NCBI GenBank assembly: GCA_030141605.1
Contig: JAQGDQ010000402.1
Location: 124,001 to 188,000 of the forward strand
DNA: 64,000 bases
Origin: Tubiluchus corallicola
Lineage: Eukaryota; Animalia; Priapulida
Direction of reading: 5' to 3'
A program made the translations under genes and the position numbers. Below the pieces are notes generated by a model. It had not been told where the DNA came from. It did not search any database and saw nothing but the letters and a program-made list of their open reading frames with translations. Shown here piece by piece: positions 1 to 15,500 of this stretch (position 1 is its first letter; every line of letters starts with the position of its first letter).

Positions 1-3000
1 AGGATTTTTCCCGCAAATCAGGCTACGTAAATCATTCTGCCAATTAACAGTTTTAACACTAATAATATCATGTGTGTAATGCATAACACACACTAAAAGT
101 GTGACTGAATGGGGTGAAACCAGCAGGTTCAATGACCTTGCCATAATATAGGCATACTCTTTAGTGCAAATTAAGTGCGGGTGCTAAATGAGTGTGTGTT
201 TGTCACACTTCAAGTTAAGCATATAAACCATAACAAGTCGTAATGTGGTATTGCAAAGTGTGCCGCAGCTTTGTAATAAGCGAGACAGTTCAGTTGCCCT
301 CATCCAAACAAAAACCTCACTGCTTCTGTATGCATATATTGATACAAGTCATATAACTACCCAGAATGGCGAATTATGTTGAAGAGTCCCAGTAGTAAAC
401 TTTCTAAAATCTTCCTAATTTATTTTGCTTACATACAATTGCCATTTCGGATAGCAGACTAGCTAAGTACTACAGTCTTTTCGTCATCCTTTGCGTTAAA
501 AATCTTATAACCCATTTACTTATTAGACCTGATAATGGTGACTGTCCCAACCGTGCTAAATTAAAAAGAATATATAAAAATCAAATTGAAATGAATTAAC
601 AGCTAAATAAAAACTAAAATAAATGTGAAAAAGTGAGTATAGCAAAGCTATTCATTGTAACACACTCATGGTCAGTAACGCAATTATTTCTCTTCTAGTC
701 TGGGAAGAAAGTTTTGAACGCTGCCACCAATCCCTCAATAATGTGCCGAGGTGTGTATAAATGTATCGAAAGCTATCCAAATCTGATAAGACAAATGTTT
801 GCACTCCGGCCGTATGCTGATAAGCTTGAATTATGCATGTCCTCTAGTCAGGTCAGGGCAGAACAGAGTGTCCTCTGGTCACCGCATGCGATTTACATGT
901 TTTCATAGTTTAATGCTGAAATATTTTCATAACATTTAAATACACTTCTAGTTCCTGTCGTCTCCCCCACATCTGTCAGCTGAGCCATGCGATCTGAATT
1001 TCTGAGAGGGCGGCGCGGATGTTATGCTGAAGTTTTAAGAGTAAGCGTGAATGATTGTGCAAGACTCTAATTGCGTAAAAATAAAGTTTTTGTTGTTTTG
1101 ATTTAATTTTTAATTTCTAGTTAAAGCTTATTTGAGCACAGAAAAATACTATATAAAAGCTAAAATTTGCACTAAAAACTAAGAAATACTCATAACATGT
1201 ACTATTAAAAAAGCTACGAAAATTTGCAAAAAATATAATAAAATATGTACAGAATTTAAAAATGCAAAGCATCAGTTAAAAAACCAGTGGTTACTATATC
1301 AATAAATCACGCCATCTTCTAAATATTGTACTATAAACTCTCACATCAGTTTGGTGGCATACGTAATTTACAATAAAATTGCGGTCCAATCACTCCTGTT
1401 CCTAAACTTTAGGCAGAGTGACGCAACAGTACTTTAAAATGTTTTATACATGTATTATTTTATAATACATATGTTTTATATTATATTACTGTAGAAGAAA
1501 GCGTATCGTAACCATAACATGTGAAAAACTTGTGAACAGCAGTGTAAGTGTCGCGGATTTTGGTTTAACTGCATGCTGTACTTTGAAATTAACACATAAA
1601 TTATTACAATATATATATATATATATTGTTACATAACGAACGAAATAGCATAGTGGTCACAGATCAAATCAATGACTTTTGTGGTAAACATTTATACCTT
1701 ACTGAGGGTGGAAACTGCTGTCGCAGTGTGCTTTGAAATAGTTGGTTTCTATCATTTTTACTTGCGTGGTAGCGCACGTCTTCAGTTGCTGATTGATTAC
1801 TGAAATTTCCGAACAGCTTTAATATTTTGCAGTTCGAGACGTAAACACGAACATATACTCGCACAACATTTTTTATTCTATCGCGACTCTTGTACATTGA
1901 ACGGGAAAAGGTCACAGGAATGTTGAAAACTGCATAGGTAATAAGAGCAACTGCAACAACGGCAACGGCGATGGGAATGAAGTTTTGAAGTTTTTATAAT
2001 TATCACATTCAGTACAATATAAGGACGTGTAATACATGGTAACATCAAAATTGTTACACAGTACTGTAATAACTTATTCTGTTTCATACACTATCGTTAT
2101 CATAAAAGATTAATTGTACTGCAGGCACGGAAAGGCACGGTGACAAGGATAACAGAAACCACCATGTCGTTCTCGTCCCCCCTCTCACGAGAACATATGT
2201 AGCAGTAAACGTGTTTAATTTTGTTGGTTATTGCACATCTTTCACATTCGATGTTATTAACGAACTGTTGTTTGAGGGTTTTCTGAACTGCTTCTAAAGC
2301 AGCTCATCGATATCTGTAATTGACATAGTTTATTGAGACATATTTTTACATTTGATGGAAATTTTGTGTTAGTGTATTACTGTTTAAATACTTAAATAGC
2401 TCAGGTTATACTCTGTATCTGCCAAAAAGTAGCAAATTCTCGCACATGTTTTCAAATGGTCAACGGCAAAATGCCAATCTGCCCTTGTGGACAACAAACT
2501 GGATTGTTTGCTAAACATATCAGCATTTAGCCTTGAAGTTCGCACCATTGGAGTGTTGGTTAACGTTTCTTAAGTAAGCTCCGGAATGGGGGTTATTGTC
2601 TTTCTTTCCGTTTTTTACTATGCAGAAGGCGCTCTGTAACAATATCAAGGTACAGAAAAAATCGTAATAAATTTAGGAAATTAAAAATAAGTTAATTGCA
2701 CCGAGCAATATTTCTCACGGGTAGAAGGGGGGCACAAACACACTGCAAGTAAATTTTTCCACCGCGTATGTATTCGTTTTCGTGTGAACGAAGCGTAAAA
2801 AATGGTGGTTCAAGTTACATACGACACTGGAGTACGTATTTGCATTTAGAGAAGAAAAATTGTTGTTTTGCTTTGGGCTTGTGCTTCGAAATGGGATTGG
2901 CATGAGTTGATGCTTCTGTTTTGCTTTACTACAAAGAAAGCATTGAACTTTTTTATTGTATTCTGCTTACAGGTTACAGTTTGTTAATGCCGAGACGAGG

Positions 3001-5995
3001 AAAAATTCAATGGGTTATGGGTCATTTGATTACTGTTTCATATTGGTTCATTTGCCTTCAAGTCTAGTATAGTCCTAACCTAAGCCTCAGGTAAAAACAT
3101 GATTATCAGGAAAAACATGAAAGGGCATCTGATTGTCTCGTTCTTGGGGGGGGGGGGTAGTCGTGAATACCAAGGTTCATGAGTGTAGGTCAGGTTGAGT
3201 CTGAATTGTAGAACCCGTGAGTCGGATTGTGCGTCAAAATCTGTGACCCATTCTGAGTTCTGGTTAACGTTATGTAAAACATATTGCATCTGCAAGCCTG
3301 CCTATTGCATTTATAGGCATCGAAGACCCACAACAAAAACACAAATAGTTGCACTTAAGTTTAACCCTAAGCGCAAGGAAAGAAAACAAATTCTTCTTTT
3401 TGTCCGCAAGTAACAATTTGAAAAACTGCAAAACATGCATTAGATTTTTCTCTTTCTCTTCCATAACCAAAAACTCTCAGATTTATTGTTGTACCTTTCC
3501 TCTGAGTTTAACTTGTGTTGTAGAAATCCCCAGGTTACGAATCACTTAATTTTTAATGATTACGCCAATATTAACATTAGAAATTGGCAAATAGATTGGA
3601 GCAGATCGGATGTTTGTTACGTCTTGTCATGTAGAAATTGTTCACAGTGGGAAATTTATTGTAAGATCGTTATACATCAAAATAACTGACGTAACTTAAT
3701 AGGCTTGCAGACCTGGGGAAAATGTAAATAAACAGGAAACACATACTGGAAAGAGACGCTATGCAATACATCAGTAACCCAGCAATTGTTCTGCCGCTCA
3801 AGAACCAACACTCAACACTAATACCAATAATTTTCTTCAGAAGGTCAGAAATGTTGAACGCTAATGGTCAGCATTTCATATTGATCGTGGTCAATAGGCC
3901 AGAATGTTTATATTAATCTCTGGTGTTTTGCCCATCTCGATTCTAAGCGACGACTGAAGTGGAGCTAAATTGCGTGCATACTACATGACTGAAGGGTTAC
4001 TTACAAGGGTTTCTAAATTCCTCGCCGCGAAACAAGAAGAAAATGGTGGCACATTGGACAAAATTGAAGAAACATCTTCTGTTGCACTGTTTAGCCATTG
4101 TCTTTCGCTAAAAATAATGCGTTATAAAAAGCTCAAAACTCAGCTTGAGTTTGCATCTAAGTCCTTGTCTACTTGTCTTGTGGGCAAGGCAGTCTTAATT
4201 AAATGCCAACAGCTCACAGCCTGCGGAACACTACTAACAACAACGACTACGACAGTGGCAACAACAGCAACAGCAATAATAACAAGAACAACAATTTAGT
4301 TTCAAAGGTTCAATGATTGTTGTTTGATTCCATCATTTTGCAGGTTATCAATAACTGATTTTCACGTCAGTACATAAGCCTAATATTTCCCATTGAACAT
4401 GTTTAATTATGATGTTTAGCTGCATTGGCGTTCTTCCCCTCTTCTGAATGACCTCCGAATTGCATAATCCCTCAGCCAATTGAAAGTGAAACTGCTTATT
4501 AAGCGATGTAGCGAACCTTTTGAACAGGATGCTTAATTCTGGAGTTTCAGTCACGAACATAGGCTCCATTCAGACTGTTACATAATTATGATGTAGGCCG
4601 TTAATACCGCAGAGTTGACCATTCCGTGTTCCGTGTACTCTCAACCTGTAATTACGCAGACAATGGTCAGCTGGTGGTCAATATTGGATGTGATCATGAT
4701 GGATGAGCAGATAAATTATTCATTTGGATTAGCTTGACTAAGCTACAGTGACGGTGGAACGAATTTAGCTGAAATGCTCACTAGTGAACCTCTGAGCAGG
4801 TTTACATAATTGTACTGTATGTAAGTTGATAACGTATCAGCGAAAACTACAAACTTTTTTCTGTCAACTTTCCACGCCTAATCACACCTCAGTCAGCTTC
4901 TGTACCATTTTTGCCCTAGATTAGAAAATGTAAAACAGTTTCCAGTTGTTCGATAAAATCGCATGTGCGCATCAACGATGATAAGTTGCAGTAAAAAAAC
5001 TGCCTAGACGCTTTATTTCATAGTATTTTGCGAACGATGGTGTGGCTATCTGTCATAGAAGTCACATATGTGTCAGTAACCCAGAAGTGGCCAATACAAG
5101 CGCCCCCCAAAATAGCCACTATCACTGTTTTAAAGGCAAGTCATTGGGAATCCAAAAACCATTTTTGCAAGCGTGCGAATGTCGAAGCCATTATAATAGT
5201 GAACGATCTCTGGAACATTTTTGCGATGACGTCTTAATGGGAAAGCAAAACTCTGGAAATTTCACTTATAGCAAGTTGAATGGGCATAAAACGATAACAC
5301 ACCTGCGATTTCAGTAGATTAGCTACAATTCAGTATCAAAATTTAATTTTAATCCAGCGCGGGGTGTTTAACTTCTGAGGCTCTCAGATGAAAGCTCACA
5401 TCTTCAAAGAACTCTCAAAACTTTCAGTTCCACACAAAATTTGGGTACTCCCTCGAGGTCTTAGTGGGAAGTTTCGGCGCTGTACTAGCAGTAAGTTCTG
5501 TGCTTTCTATTTGCATTCCAAGCAAACTTGTTTGGGTTACACATTTTGCACTCTGACCAGTCAAATAAAACCGATCGATAGCATATTGTGTCACCTAGGT
5601 CAAATTTCGACGAAATGCTTGTAATGGCCTAGCAATATTATTATAATGTGTACAGGCTTCTTATGCGTTACAAAGAGTTTTAGTAGACATAACTTATAAT
5701 TTTTAAGATGTTTTTTCTGAAAATCTTTTTTTGCGTTAAGCAAAGTGTCCTTTAACGAACATTGTGATAACAATGCCGATCAATGTATTATTACTATCAT
5801 GTTCAACCAATTTTCATTTTTACCAGTTGGCAGCTTGCCATATTACATGTAATTTACAACAGAATTGTGTAATTGTATTAACTTGTAAAAGAATGATCAA
5901 AACTAATGTTGCTCATTTCAAAAAGTTTTATTCCTAATTTATTACAGTGAGGCTTGATGTAGGATTGTTTAGGTGTAGACACTAAAAATTCTTCA

Positions 5996-6245
5996 TTGTC
6001 ATCATGCCAAATCACAATAATAATACTCGTAATTATCATTATCATAATCGTTATCATTCGTCGTCGTCGTTGTCGTCCTCGTCATCATTATCGTTATCAC
6101 TACCATCCTCTTCCTCCTCCTTATCATCATTATAATCATCTTCATTATGATCATTGCCATCATCTTCGTCGTCATCATCAGTCATTTTAATTGTCATTGT
6201 AATCATTATTATCGTCGTTGATTTATCATCATTATCATCATCCAG
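5996..6245. repeat. Degenerate (TCA/TTA/TCG)n trinucleotide low-complexity tract
   Basis: Directly visible; adjoins the 3' end of the LINE remnant. Confidence 0.85.
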
Positions 6246-6249
6246 TTAA

Positions 6250-7600
6250 TATGTTTTTAAATCAAATTCCTACTTATAGGTCCTACCATAGTATAGTTAT
6301 CACTGCGGTTCTCTGAGAAAGTTAGCTATCAAACGACGTTCATAGATTACAACACATGGTCCAGGCACAAGCTTGTAGTTATGCGCTGTATGTTATCAAG
6401 GATATTTGTCTTTTTGCAGAAAAGGAGACTAAGCTTGTGCACAATAATTCAAGATGACTTATACAAGTATTGACTCTTTCCTTATATATGTGAAAGTTGT
6501 CTCACTCATACGCAATATTCAATTAGATTTGGCAGCAACGTCACTAATTAAAAAACCTAAAATCATCTGCTTCTGTTCGTCCAAGGTCACAGTCCAGGGA
6601 AACAATATCCAAGGTATGCAGTTCGCAAAGTATAATCTTATTTTACCAATTTCTCTGCCAAGTTTACATTTCTCTATGATAAAATCAAGTAACTATTCTG
6701 TTGATCATTCAGCTACTCTAAACAAGTTATCCTGAATTACATTTCGATCATTTATAGGCAATATAGGGTAACATACTTTGGTATCATAAGCAAAAAATTT
6801 GCTTTTTGTTATAATAGATGATGGCAAATATAAATGAAGAAATAAATAAAACTGATCCTTATGGAACACCCGAAGAAATTACTTGTCTCCAGGAAGTTTG
6901 AGTACAATTTAGAACAACACTTTCAAAAATCCTCTACCGGGTCTACCCATCTACAAATTTTACTTCATATGACAAATTTTTTAAGTTTGTAAATTAGTCT
7001 AGAACGTATGACCATATCAAATGCGTTCTTATGATCTAAATATATATTGCATCAAAAAGAAGACCATTATCATATACATTGTACCCCATTCTCCAAGAGA
7101 AACTTTAAGGTTTATTTAAACGTGTTATTGTTTCCTTCCGTTTATAATACAAGTTTGTGCTTCGTGATTTTTCCTTCATTTTTCACACTTGACAAATTAA
7201 ACTTACAGGTCTGTAGTTACTCACTTCAGAGCGGTTACCTCATTTAAAAACAGGAGATACATAAGCAAGCTGCCATATGTCAGGTACTCTACATTGTTAT
7301 ACGTATAATTGACATAATGACTGCCAAAAATACAATACAATGGGAAGTAAGCATTATTAGCAGTTGTTTCCTTGGGCTGATCTCATCAGGCCCAACTGCT
7401 TTGTTTGGATTTATAACAATTTTTAACATCACCAGATATTAAAAAATGTAATGTCTAAGCTAGTAGCAAAGACCAAGACTGTTATAGTTGAACGGGACAG
7501 GACTCAGGAGCTTCACTGCATTGTGAAACGTTGAACTTGCAGAGTCATTGAACCATGTCAAACTTTTACCCTCTTCATATACTGCTGCTTCTTCAAAAAT
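6250..7600 (-). mobile_element. CR1-like LINE, reverse transcriptase remnant (probably the same element as 8290-8900)
   Basis: Collinear motifs PNKAVGPDEISPR, VPDIWQLAYVSPVFK*G...NYRPVSL, IYLDHKNAFD, SGVP*GSVL and FAYDTK (decayed FADD), with many stops and frameshifts. Confidence 0.88.
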
Positions 7601-8289
7601 TGTTCAATTCAATTGCTGAAATCAAATCATTTGTATTTACATCCTCTTTATTGCTGGCCTGTAGTTTAGATACAGGCGAATACATGTTTTTTCTACTGTA
7701 CTAACATACACAAATATATATAAACATATATAAAGATAAACAGCGTGCGTTTCACATTTTTACACCCTGTTTTGCACCCAACTTTTATCTTCTTAGTGGC
7801 TGATTTCCTCATTTTGGCATATTCTAAATATCTGTTGCGAAATAAATAATGGTATCACAATGGCATCAAAATGCAAAGTGTTTTTTCTTACTGTTCTCCT
7901 AGGTGTGCTAGTGAGCCACGGCGAATTTACTTTTCCTTTATTGGTAATTATGGTTTTAGGAATGCAGATTGCTACTGCAAAATTTAATTTTTACAGAAAA
8001 AAAACTAGGTTTCGTTTACATCAGTTGCACGGGGTGGGGGTGTGGGTGAGGGGGAGATGGACATGTCAAATCGATATGTTATTTGGTAAAATCACTTTTA
8101 TAGTCACATCTATACTGATTAGTCTCTGTACGATAAATAATACGTAGTTAAAAAACCCACGTCATGACACCATGATCCTCTTTTCCCAGCAGGTTCATAA
8201 AACACACAATAGAAATCATTTCAACAAAATCCAGACAATTAGCTAAATGATACAAAAACAGACCGTTTAGCTTATCGTAAAAAACTTTA

Positions 8290-8900
8290 AGTTTACGAAT
8301 TATTGAGGTAACTAGTCTTCCAGTCTATGTCAGGTAGATTAAAATCTCATGTGATTAAGATTCTGCCTTTGCTATAACTACAAGGTCAACAGCTTTCTCG
8401 AGCTGTTCACGAGCCTTAACATGTAGAAGCTATCACCTTTTCTGCAAAACACACCCTCTAAGCATTTAGTGTACTGATTTTTTTAGTCAAACCCAAAAGA
8501 TATCTTTGAGTGCAACATTATTTAATTTCCCGCATAATTCAAAAGTTGGGCTTTCTTTTATGTAAACTATCACACCATATCTCGGCTCATTATTTTTTCT
8601 CACAGGAATGGAACCCGGTATATCAATTATGGCATCACAAAATTGCTCTGGTTTAAGCAATGTGTCCATGCCAAAAATAAGATCTAATTTGCACTCATTT
8701 ACTTGTAATCGAAACTCGTTACACTTGTTAAACAGGCTTTCAAAACTTGTGTACATGCACTTTAAAAAGTTCTCGAAAGTAAATTTACAGTTACTTTCTA
8801 AAACATCATTGTACACTGTCGTCATTCGCAACTCACGTTGTACCCAACTCAACGTAAGTTCTCTTATTATTACCAAAATACAGTTGAAATACAACAATTC
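8290..8900 (-). mobile_element. CR1/L2-group LINE, APE endonuclease remnant
   Basis: LKCMYTSFESLFNK...DLIFGMDTLL...IPG...RK...GVIVYIK and downstream DFNLPDIDW are APE-like endonuclease motifs; frame is disrupted. Confidence 0.85.
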
Positions 8901-8999
8901 ATTAGCTGCTTCAGCAAATTAATAAACACATTTTCTCTGTTCTAAATAACATCCTCAGAACTTGGCATGTTGCCGGTCGAAGTCAGGTTTCCCAAACGT

Positions 9000-9580
9000 T
9001 CAGCCAACCATTTAGTAGCCGGGCTCCGCGTTGCTCTATTTCCGAACCAAAAACATACCATATTATCAGAGAAATTTGATCTTATTTAAGTTTGTTACAT
9101 AATTAAGTTAGAGAGAGATTAAATTTCGCTGTTGTTACAACGTAGTTTGCAGTTTACCTGACGAGCGCGCGCACACGTCACAGTAAATTATCGGCTACAT
9201 ACGTCAGGAGCTAGCGCGAAACTCCAGCATGTTAGCGGTGTACAGTGTTCTGTTAAGGTTGTTAGCTTGCTAGCTGGTAATCTGATAAATTCTGAATTTA
9301 CTTGTGTGTGTACGACAGCACAGACTGCAGTCAACGGCTTACTTACCTAACTTGGATTGGTTTGTGTGTAAGTTTGTTGTGTCAGCTTTGCATCCTCTGG
9401 AAGAGTATTCCAGAGTAACAATGTAAAAAAGCCTGTGCTTGCGATTACTCAACACACTTGGTGGATTTGCACGGCCAACGGTGGTTACAGTGGTTTTGTT
9501 GACTTTAAAGGTAAAATTGTAAGTGTCGATTTTTGCAGTCATTTGTAACTTTTTCAGTGTAGCTAGCTGCTGCGTAAGAC
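9000..9580. promoter_or_regulatory. Candidate promoter / first non-coding exon region
   Basis: Local CpG enrichment (gagcgcgcgcacacgtca, tacgtca, ctagcgcga); donor-like sites on + (aag|gtaaaa 9511) and on - (tag|gtaagt 9346); no direct proof. Confidence 0.3.
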
Positions 9581-12500
9581 TAATTATTAAATTTTAGTTT
9601 AATTAGAAATAATTATTACACGTTGCTCTAACGGTGATCTCTAATACGTGACGCTAATATTATTTGCGTATTTACCTTAATTATGAGCTATGACTGGAAC
9701 TGTGATTTTAGCTTTGTAATTTATACTTGTTGGTTAAAACTAAAAGTCTGCTAGCAGCGTAACTAAACCGCTTAACTATTATACCTACTTGTCGTATAAT
9801 GTTTTTCCTATATTAAAATTTAACCTAAAGTATTGATACAAAGCGGAAAACCCTGTTAAAATATCATCATTTGAGCCTCAGTACCAACTGTCACTCAGGT
9901 ATTTTGACCTTGCCCGAATGCAGAGTTCTAGTTCTATAGGGACTGTCCGACATGCAAGGAATACTAGCAGGACTATCCCTGCATTAACTTATCCCCTTCT
10001 GTGTAAGGTGTTGGTCTGCTGTACAATTAATTATTTACAACTGGGCTTACGTCTGTTGTCCAGACAAAGGTTTCTGCATCTTCAACACCTGTTGCTAGTC
10101 CATCTTGCAAGGGCAGTAAAACAATACAGCTCCTATGGCGGTCAATTATATTGGACACGCGTTGCTCAGTTGAATGACTTTCATTAGCACTAAGCTTGTC
10201 GCATTGTGCTGAAACAATAATTATTTAGGCAGAAATCTGGATTGTAAACCTGGAAAATGGTGTCTTCGTTTAAATCTGATTATTTCATGTTCTGACGTTA
10301 TCAGGTTAACAAATTATAATTTCTGTGTAAGAGTACAGTTTTTTAGAGTTGATTGAACTAGTTAATTCACTATGCCTCTTGGATATTACTATATTACAAA
10401 TGCTAGGTGTAATCGTGCATTCAAATTTATTCTTAAATTTTATGTAAAAAATTAATTTTAATAGTTAGAAAATTTATTATTACTGTTTTAGAATGGGTTG
10501 GTTGTCTCTCAAAGATTAGCATCTTAACATTTTTCCGTCTCAAAAGTAAGATTAATTCTGCAGATTTGTGTGCGTGGTGCTGTAATTAGATGTAAGTAGG
10601 TAAATCGATTATTGTTTTTGAAACCTGACTACAAATTTATTACAATAATAGCAGGTGCTCAGTTCCGTAAAGGCTTTTTACAGCATCCAAAAGTCTAAGA
10701 AAGATATTTATAACTCAATTTCAAATGATTTATTGGCAAATTTGGTCACCCCATTGGCCCTCTCAAAGTACAGTAGAGGGGTTTACTAATGGAGAAATAG
10801 AGGGGACAGGAAGCGTCCTTTGTTTGGACTTGCATGAGGCACTTAATATTGCCCAGTAGATGTTGACCCAAGCTCGACTTTCATTAAACACCTTGGTGGA
10901 GGAGGTTATTGTCATAAATTTTCCCTAGTGTAAATGGTTCTTGGCTTTTCCCGCCTGCAGATAAGGAATGATTTATTAGATTTACCAATTTTATGCAAGC
11001 CGGTGTTGTACGTATTTGTCATTAGCCACCCTTATTGCTTTTAGTGCAACCTGTCACCAAATATGTAAGTGGCAGGACTTATTTAGCTTTCTTTTGCTAT
11101 TTGTTCATCTAGCCAGCGCAGCTAGTCACTAAATCACTAGCGATATTTTGATTAATTCTCTCGTAGTATATTGATCAGTAAAAAACAATGTTATTGTTAG
11201 TCTCTAATGTTTATTTTTACTTTTAGATGCTTAGATTTCAGTTCTTTTCGTTGTTAAATTCTCAAAATTCATCCCTATTAAACTGTTCTAATTTTGGTTT
11301 AAGCATAATTTTATTGAAGATGTAATATCAGACAAACTAAGTTTGAGACAGACAGTTTTACAACTGACATCTGTTCTTCCCTAGTGGGAGCGAAACGCTA
11401 GACATGCAGAACAGTGGTGATCACAATGTGCAACAAATGTTGCAATGTATGAATATTACTACATTACTGCATTACAATGTATGTAACAAGAGTAACATAG
11501 TTAATACTATTTGAAGGGCTTAGTGTTTGAAATAAAAGACTGCACTGATGCAAAAATTTGAGTGTCCACAGAATTAGTTAAGGTATGGTTCCCATACGGG
11601 AACAGATGTACAAGTTCATCAAATTGTTACAAGATTGTAAGCGTTTATGTTAAAAGGTGACAAAAGAGTGCAGAGACTTGCAAATAAATCATGTCTGCCC
11701 TAAAGAGGGGAACTAATTAAGTAATGACCAACTGTTTCATAAGGCGAACCATAAATAGTTATAATTTTCTGTCGTAGCATATATTTGTATATTCATTTAA
11801 AGCATTACCTGTAATATTAAAAGTTCAATGAGTCTATAGCTTGAGTGAAAAAAATTAGTGTCCCTCGACTGGGCGTGTGAATTAGGCAGAGAATAGCTTT
11901 TCGTTGCGAACTATAGGCACTTCAAAAACTGCTGGTCACACCTGAAAAAATTCCTTCGTCGCTAGACCTTGTTTGGTGTATTTACCTTGTGTCTTAAGGC
12001 GGTTGAAAAATTGTTGTACTAAATGGAAATTTACTCGAGTGGCTGCGAGCGAGGAAAAAAGCCGTTCAAGTCCAACAAACACCCTGTTTAGTTAACATTA
12101 CGACAAGTGTCACTTGATGTTCTAGGTAAGGGTCATCGTATTTGTTGCGCTTTTGTAATTTTTTGTGCAAATTTATCGTCAAATTTTTGTGCGTTGGAAT
12201 TCCAGTCATGCTGCCAGGGTTCTAAACTTCATGTGTGGGGATGAATGGTCCTGAGTTGGGTGGTGCATGGGTGTCTGCTGTCTAGCACCTTTTGCCTGGA
12301 ATGTGTAACTGAGAGGAATTATTCGTGAATGTCAGCTTCGATGTGCACATGTTATGCGATGTAGCTTTTAATTTTTGATATATTAGTTTTTTTATTAGTA
12401 ACACAGTTTTCCTGTTTGAAAAATTCTTTTGTAAGTGCTTTTATGGTTAAAGCTATCCGAAATGAATTTTTTATATGTCCTCACGAGCAAGTCTATGGTC

Positions 12501-15500
12501 GCGGTCATTTTTAAAGTTGTTGTGATTTTGCGCAAACAACGTTGAAATCATTTCATACCTTTACTTGTCTACAAAACTTTCTGCCGACATCAAATTTACG
12601 TGAACGTTGTCTGCGCATAACCACAACAATTTTAAATATGGTCGTGATCTAAGACCTGGGATCGTGATTTGCCCATATGCATTCTCAGAGGTACCATGTT
12701 CGTACCAAATTTCACTTATTTTGACAGACTGACGCCAGCCTTTAACGGCATCAACAGCAATGATAACAAAAAAGACCACAATGTGAAATCAGTAATTTTA
12801 TGGTATTGCTTGCGTGCGGCAAAAATCCCAACCCATACAGGCAAATGAGACAATGCTTATTTATACATGGATCCATCTGATTTATATTACTTCGCATAGA
12901 CAGCTATGATATCTGATGCCATTTGATGCGCTTTTTATTCTGCTTTGCAAATTTCTTTGTCATTAGAAGGTCGACATTATGTTGTTCTGCTACTCTCAGA
13001 CTTGCAATAACGTTAACCTTTTCTACAAGCTTCTTCAACCTTGCAACCTTTCTTTACAGATGCCCCAGGACAATAATGAATGAGCCATAAGTCTACTCTG
13101 ACTGTAATGTGTACATGCTACTAGCTTCTTCTGATTTCTATGATATTTGATTTAGAAATATCCATGAATGCTTGAATGTTATGTGAGTAACCAAAAAGAT
13201 GCGGATCAGAAAATATCATGCTTAAAATCAATTGGATTTATCGGCCGGGTTTGATATTTTAAGGGGTTAAAGAAACATCAAAGGCATTTGTGGGCAATAT
13301 AAATTTATGAACATTCAGTTTTTTTAATATAGCTTGGTGGTCGAACGTGTCAGTAGACTGGGTACGTTTACATGAGGCCTACAGTTTGACACACAATTCA
13401 GAAGACTACTACATTATAGTTAACAATGAATTGATTTTAAGAATGACTTTTGGCTACATACTACCGTTATACAGTGTAGTTACAGCTTTAGTGGTACAGT
13501 TAGATTAAATTCAAAATGAAGATGCTGATCCTAGTTGTGACGTCATCACGCCGTCCTGCGTGTCAAGAGCCAGTAAATCACTGTCAGAAACTTGTAAATA
13601 TAATGAAACTCTTAATAGACTGCAAAAGGATGGCCAATTCACCCCGTTTACGACGTTCATAAATGATACGTAGACTGAGAACAGATGCGCCAAGCAAGCA
13701 GTATGCATGTTTTCAACTCGACAGCTTTATCCGTGAAATCAGATTAGAAAAGAATTTATTTTTCGTGACGATCATCTATGCATATGGTTGGCAAATCACG
13801 CAAGCTAGCGTCTAAGATATGTGTAATGACGTCGTTAAGAAGTTGTAGAATAAAAGTACAATTTTCTTAGCATTACAAATCCTGTTTACTTAGGTTAAAA
13901 TTATACGAGTACAAAGTCTGTTTACTTTATCTGTGCCCTGAAGTATTCGCACAACGGTCGATATACTCAACAATAGCGTGTGTGTAATTAATGAATTTCT
14001 TACATGTATGCCAGAACCGTCAGGCTATTATAGTGTTTGAAATCCACTGTTGAGCACTGTATGGGCTTATTGTAGTAGACTATATACATCTTATATCGCC
14101 ATAAGACCTGTATTGCAGACGTATTATGGTATAGTAGTTCTGAAGACTCAATACTGTAGTAATGCTACATCCATTAAGTGCAAAAATGCTAAGCATATGC
14201 AGGTTTAAATTTTATTTTTTGACTCAATAGGCTATCGTAGTCCCATGCACTATTTAGGATCCACTAATCTGTTAGTTTTTAGCGTGATGAATGTATTTAT
14301 ACCAATATGTGCTACACAGCTTACAACTGAAAACTCAGGGGAAGTAACCAATTTACAATCAGTTGTGTTTAAACGGCCTATATACTGTTGCTAGCAAAGT
14401 AATGTGCCAGCGAATTTTATAGCTTTTTAATATTTTAGTTTATTTTAGCAATTTAAATGCTATTTGTAACTATAGTCTGAATAGTCAGGTAATACTTATG
14501 AACGTTATTACGTTTCCTACATGGCTTATGACATCTGACCAGTTTTGAATCGTTCTTCACTGTTTTTGTTCAGTTGCAGCAAACTTCTCATCACGTACAA
14601 GCTCATGTTGCAGCAGCAGACATGACCAATGTCTGGGTGTTTATTTTCATAACAACTTCTGTGGGGACATATCTCATTTCTGTTAGTTTTTCTGAACGCT
14701 GCGTAATAGCCTACAGGTAATTCCGAGTACAGGAGCCAACCAGAACAACCAGTTTGGACGCGCTAATAAATGGCAGAGTGCCTGTCGAACTATATCGAAG
14801 ACAAAATGCGTCATTTCGATGGCAGTCGAACATGTGCGCCGGCCATAAATATGATTTAAACAAGATAATAATTTGTATTTTGTTGGCGGAGTGGTATGGT
14901 TATAGTTGTCACATTGAAATTCACATCAGTACCAGTGCTCAGCATTTGTACAGGCCTTGTTAGCAGCTCATCTACAATTCAAAATCAAATAAATAACTGT
15001 TGTACTGTGACTGCAGGATTATTATAAATACCATTAGTATGCTGTCATATTTAACCAGGTTTGGAACATGAAATATTAGTCTATCATAAATTGAAATGTC
15101 GCTACCTTTATTCCTATTTTACGGAAGATACGCTCTCGCGGAGACCTCATCTTTTGCTACGCTAATTGTTGCTCGCAGTACTCGTTTTGTTCCTCATTCA
15201 CCTAAACATTCCAAGATTCAGAGCAATTAGTATTGTTTTTTCTCCCGGGCCTCTAACCTGTTGAACTGTGTAGTCTTTATCATCTAATTCTATTCCGGTT
15301 GACTGTAATCTCATCTGCTTCAAAGTGATCGGCGGATAATTTTTTGCTATCATTAGCAAATTGGTTATAATGCTATAAGAGTGCTAAATTTTTAGTTACC
15401 TGCCTGCTACAGTTACGGTTGCTTACGTTGAGGGCCAATGGCCTGTTTGGAGTGAATTTGTATCAGTTTGTTCCATTTTCCATCGTTGCATGTATCTTCG

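Noticed and set aside
3970-4569. ORFs 3970-4299 (+) and 4348-4569 (-) as an upstream gene
   Set aside because: No recognisable motifs or consistent splice structure
7860-8147. ORF with a signal-peptide-like start
   Set aside because: Lies between the two parts of the decayed LINE; no domain or downstream exons recognised
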